A program made the translations under genes and the position numbers. Below, piece after piece: positions 48,470-53,414 of a stretch of 53,414 nt of DNA. The stretch is from Prorocentrum cordatum. Its lineage: Eukaryota. Position 1 is the first letter of the stretch; each line of letters starts with the position of its first letter. The notes below the pieces were generated by a model. It had not been told where the DNA came from and did no database searches. It worked only from the letters and a program-made list of their open reading frames with translations. The DNA lies in contig CAUYUJ010000318.1 in NCBI GenBank assembly GCA_963575745.1, positions 62,001 through 115,414 of the forward strand, read 5' to 3'.

Positions 48470-51304
48470 CCTGGAGGAGGAGGAGGAGGAAGAGAGGGGG
48501 CGGAGGAGGATGAAAAGGAGGGGGAGGAACAGGAGTGGGATGGGGACGGTTGGGAGAGCGAAGGGGAGGTGGGCGCAATGGTTTGCCGCACAATTCCAGG
48601 TATGGTCAAGTTGTACTCGGGGAGTTTGACATGATGGCGATGTACGAGGAACTCACTCAACTAGTCAAGAACATGGGAACACACCCAATTGTTCCGATCA
48701 AAAAAACGGCTAATATTGAGCATGGGTATTGTAATGCAGACCGCAGGTGGCATAGTATTTGCTCGTTTGCCGAAGTGGATCGCACGGCTAGTTGCACGAT
48801 GCGTGCGTTTGCGCCCATCATTCATCCATGGGCGGGCACTGACGTTGCGCACTGCTGTGCACATACAGATACATCATGTCATCTATATATATATATATAG
48901 ATATATGGCCAGACGCATATGTATACAGGTATACCTTTTAGTGGTGCAGATGTACACCTGTAAATGTGTATATATATATATGTATGTGTATACACATATA
49001 TATACGTATAGTAAATGTCATCCCTGGAAAAAAAAGAGCAGCAACACCACACAACACATCATTACACTTATTTCATTCCCTTGACAGTGGCAACCGGGCT
49101 CCTCGTAACCCCCTTCCCCCGCGGCGTGCATGCGCTTCGCGTAGTAGGCGATTCGGTGCCCTTGAGCACCTCGCCTCGCCTTGTTGTCCTCCTACCTCCT
49201 CCGCCCTCTCTCCTTCCCCCCCTGTCGTTCTCGTCGTCCTCCTGCGCCTGCCACGTCTCGCCGCAGTTCTTTCGCTTCCCGTCGTTCGTCCCCTTCGTGT
49301 TCTTGCCCCCTCCTCCTCCTCGTCCTCAGTGGCCCCATCGGCATCGGCACGATATTTTATATTATTATTGTTTCTTCCTCTAATCGTCCTCCCTCGCCCC
49401 CATCCCTCGACTCCTCCTCCCGCATTGCTCCAGCATCCCTCACTCCTTTCCTCGGACCTCTGCGCGTTCTCCTTTGGATGGTTCCTGGCCTGCTTATCCT
49501 CCCTCGCAGGTGCATGCAGGCGAACACAGGAGCAGCGCACAAAGAGGCCTGCCATACCTCCTCCGTCGTCCTCCTTGGTCCTCTCTCCCCTCCTCCTCCC
49601 CCTTTCCTCCCCTCGGCCACCAATGTCCGACAGATCCTGGCGCAGGCTCGAGAGACAGCCGACAGGCGGCCCTCTCGTAGACCTGGCAGCCTGGCCAACG
49701 CCCCCCCCTTTCCACCCGCACCCTTGGCCCCCGTGCTTCCGCCGGGTACAGGCTCTTGCAACTGGACCGAACAAGGAAGCTTCTCATCGACCTCCCTCTG
49801 GGCGGGTCCATGGTGGGCCCACGGATCTGGAGTTCCAATTCTGGGAGTTTTTTTTCTTTTGCCTCAAGGAAGAGTCAATGAGGGGCTGGTCAACGAGTGG
49901 CCAGGGCTCTTCTTGCCCAGCGTCTGAACTTGGCCCTTCGCTGCCCCTCTGCCTCTATCGCGCCGTCCTCCGTGCGGGCACCTTGCTGTTGATGCAAGGC
50001 CCGCGCCTTCCAAGAAGCAGCCTCCTTCCAAGAAGCCGCCCCCCCTCTCCCCCTAGTTGTAAGTCGGGCATGTCTCTTTCCAGGAGGAGTATGGAAAAAT
50101 AGCCCCAACAAATAACAGGGTGACCATGTTTCGATGATTGTTTGACTATTTGATTATTGAATGTTGTTGGATACCTCCAAAATCTGCCTGTAGGGGGAAA
50201 TGCCCAGCCTTACCCTAGTTACCACCATCTGCGCGCCGCCAAGTCTTGCCCCCCCCTCCCCCAGCCCGGACGGGCTTGCGAGGCCGACCACGCGCGGTAC
50301 ATGGGCGCCCCCGCTGGCAGGAGAGGGGCACCGGCCTCCCTCTCTCCGCCAGCCCTCCTCTCGTTGTTCGGCACCCTCTGGAGCGCGCGTCTCGCTGGCG
50401 ACCTGGTCGCCTTCTGGTGATCCACACCCGGCGGGGCTGCGCTGCCTTGGAAAAGCAATGCAACAGAATCTTCGATGGTTTGTCTTCGTGGCCTTCGGCT
50501 TTCCGTCGCGTGTGGCCTCCAGGGGTCTTCTCCAGGCCCCAGGATCCTCCGAAACGAGCCCGGGATGAAAAGATCACTCCATGGAAGTCCCCTTGAGGAT
50601 TCTTCGAGACGACCGCCAAAAGACGCATCTTTTTCCCAGAGGGGTGTAGGACCGGGTTACATCGGTCCGGAGTTTTCCGCGCCGCTCTCAGAGTGTTCGG
50701 AGCGCTCTGGAACGGCCGCAGCGCCCGACACATCCTCCAGAGCCTCCAGACCTCAGAGATACCCGATGCGTCCCGGCAGTCCGATGTTGTCCTTTGCCTG
50801 GGTCTCGTCTTGCCACACGTGTCCGAGACAGCGCTCGTATTCCAGAGCCCCTGCCGGGTCCGTGAGGGGTCCGGCCCCGTGTGCCTTCCGGCCGCGCCTG
50901 GCCGCTCGGTGCCCCGGCGTCAGGTGCTACGGATGGTCCTCTGGCGTTCGGTGCTCCGTGGTTGGTGCCCCGCGGTTCCCCGGGTTCCCGTGTGTCGTAG
51001 CGGGCCCGTCCAGTTCTCTCGGTGCAGGTGCTCAGCATGGTTCACGGGTTCGGTGTTTTGTGGTCGGTGGTTCTTTGTGGGCATCACGGGGCCACAGGTT
51101 GTTCGTGCCCTTCGTGTTCTGGCCCTCCACCGTGGAGTGCTCTTCGTTTTCAGCATCCACATTGGAGCTTGGGTCTCTGGTGAAGGAGCTCGTGTGCTTG
51201 ATTCACTTTCTTGCGACCATGATTCGACTCTGTGGTTCTTTGGCGTGGTGTTGGCCCACGGTTTTGCATGTTTTGAACTGCGCTGCGTTACATCATTATG
51301 TTTG

Positions 51305-52728
51305 AAAGAGCGTGTTCTACCGCTGCTGGCGGAAAACCGGGGGGGGTCTCGACCGGTTCGACCCCCCCCCGGGGGGAGTTTCGATCGGTTCGACCCCCCC
51401 CCTCCGGAAAACCGGGGGGGGTCACTACCGGTTCGAACCGCTCCCCCCCCCAGTCCATCATGAAAAGGGGGGGGCTCGCTACCGGTTCGAACCCCCCCCC
51501 TTCTCGAAAACCGAGGGGGGTCACTACCGGTTCGAACCCCCCCCCCTCGAAAACCGGGCGGGGGGGAACAGTGGTGGGGATGGTAGTGGTGGGAACAGTG
51601 GTGAAGGCGGTGGTGAGGACAGTGGTGGGACAGTAGCACAGTGAAGAAAGTGGTGGGGACAGTGGGGACAGTGCGACAGTGATGGGGACAGTGGGGACGC
51701 TGGGACAGCACACTGGGACAGCGGCGGGGACAGTGGGACAGTAGTGGGTACAGTGGGGACAGTGGGACAGTGGTGGGGACCGTGGGGAAAGTGGGGAGAG
51801 TGGGACAATGGTAGGGAGAGTGGGACATTGACACACTGGTGGGGGCACTGGTGGGGACAGCGGGGACAATGGTGGGAACAGTGGGGACAGTGGGACAGTG
51901 GTGGGGACGGTGGTGGTGGGGACAGCGGTGTGGGGACAGTGGGAATGTGGTGGAAACAGTGGGACAGTGGAGGGTACAGTGGTGGTGGGGACAGTGGTGA
52001 GGGCGGTGGCGAGGACGGCGGTGGGACAATGGGACAGAGGTACAGTGGGGACAGTGGTGGGGACAGTGGGGACAGTGGTGGGAACAGTGGGACAGCTCAG
52101 TGGGACAGCGGAGGAGACAGTGGGACAGTGGGGACAGTGGGGATAGTCGGGCAGTGGTTGGGGCCGTGGAGAAAGTGGGGAGAGTGGAACCGTGGTGGGA
52201 ACAGTGGTGGGGACAGTGGGGATAGTGCGGCAGTGGTGGGAACACTGGTGGGGACAGTGGGGACGGTGGTGGAACCAGTGGGGACAGTGGTGGTGAGGCC
52301 AGTGGTGCTGGGAACAGCAGTGGGGGATGTGGCGCGGACGGTGGTAGGGACCTGGAGTCGTTTGCTGGCGGTGAGTGGGGGGGGAGGGGTTCGATCCCGT
52401 AGTGACCCCCCCCAGTTTTCGAGGGGGAGGGGGGTCGGGGGGTGGGGGGGGGTGGGGGGGGGGGGGGGAGGGTTTTGAACCGGTAGTAACCCCCCTTTTT
52501 CCGACGGGGGGGGGGGGTTTCGGAACCAGTAAGTGACCCCCTTCCGGTTTTCTGGAGGGGAGGGGGGAGGGGGTAGGGGAGGGTGGGGGGTTTGCCGGGG
52601 GAAAGGGGGGAAAAGGGGGGGTTCAGCAGGGGTGTGGGGGATTTTCGGAGGGGTGGGGGGACCCCCGGGTTCTGGAGGAAGAAGGGCGGGATTTTCCCAC
52701 AGTCAAGCGGCTGTGGATCACGCTCTCT
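51305..52728. mobile_element. Non-autonomous TIR DNA transposon with 8-bp TSD (hAT-like)
   Basis: AAAGAGCGTGTTCTACCGCTGCT pairs with AGCGGCTGTGGATCACGCTCTCT; TATGTTTG at 51297-51304 and 52729-52736; inverted subterminal repeats (CACTACCGGTTCGAAC) around a (GTGGGGACA)n core. Confidence 0.85.
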
Positions 52729-53414
52729 TATGTTTGCACCTCGAGTGTGTTGGAACCTCATGGTTGAGGTCCACCCGCTAGCATACTTTCCTTTTTTTCC
52801 ACATCCCTATAATGTTATGATTTCTTCTCGTTATTCTCGTTATGATTTCTGTTTGCGCCCGCACTTGGTCATATTCGATTATCTCCAGAAGCAGGGCATT
52901 GCGAGACCTTCTCACCTTTGCGTTTTGTTTATCTTGTTCTCTCTCTCTCTCTCTCTCTTGCTCATGGTTCTACCCCGCTGGTTATACATACACGTATTTA
53001 CCTGGATTCGTCAGGTTATCACGTCTTCCTGTAGGCCTGCGCGTTGTAACAGCACGTGATGACATTGTTAGAAGCAGCATAGAACTCATGCGTTAGTTTG
53101 TGGACTAGCCCCAGATTCTTCCCTCCTCTTCCTCTTCCTAACAAAGCCCATCGATCTCTTCAAAAGCTGATCGATCTCTCCAAAGCGAACCTCCGACAAT
53201 GTCCCAATCCCCCGCCTTGTTCACCATCTACACCCTCTTTCCTATCTCCTCCGCATCCTCCCTCTTACCCTTCCGCGCCTTCCTCAACGTCGGGAGCACG
53301 CTTCCTCAGAGCCTGCGACTCACTGATACTCTTTACCGCCCCCGCCCTCTGTCGACGACGGCGACGACGCGGACGACGAAACGACTCTGAGGTCCGACGT
53401 TGCCAAAAGTAGCC

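Noticed and set aside
50920..52761. 613-aa Pro/His/Cys-rich ORF
   Set aside because: Translation of the TIR element's minisatellite, with no transposase motifs.

Overview
GC-rich, repeat-dense eukaryotic DNA, almost certainly from a core dinoflagellate, because two copies of the dinoflagellate spliced leader (SL, DCCGTAGCCATTTTGGCTCAAG) are recognisable at 3738-3754 (+) and 48448-48469 (-). Most ORFs in the track are artefacts of GC content and microsatellites. The main result is an intact 313-aa ZIP/SLC39 metal transporter (3838-7226, +) behind a relic SL. It is broken by seven insertions, each bounded by terminal inverted repeats (TIRs), and six of them are flanked by recognisable 5-6 bp direct repeats. 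Exact removal rebuilds an uninterrupted reading frame with correct ZIP motif spacing, yet six of the seven exact junctions cannot be drawn as G[T/C/A]...AG. This suggests transposon-derived hairpin introns (introner-like) removed by a non-canonical route. Relatives of these elements recur elsewhere in the window. The rest comprises a degenerate near-full-length LINE with an SL at its 5' end, LINE and Copia relics, a hAT-like element with an 8-bp target-site duplication (TSD), a Helentron-like insert, fold-back elements, and many micro- and minisatellites. All alignments were made by eye.
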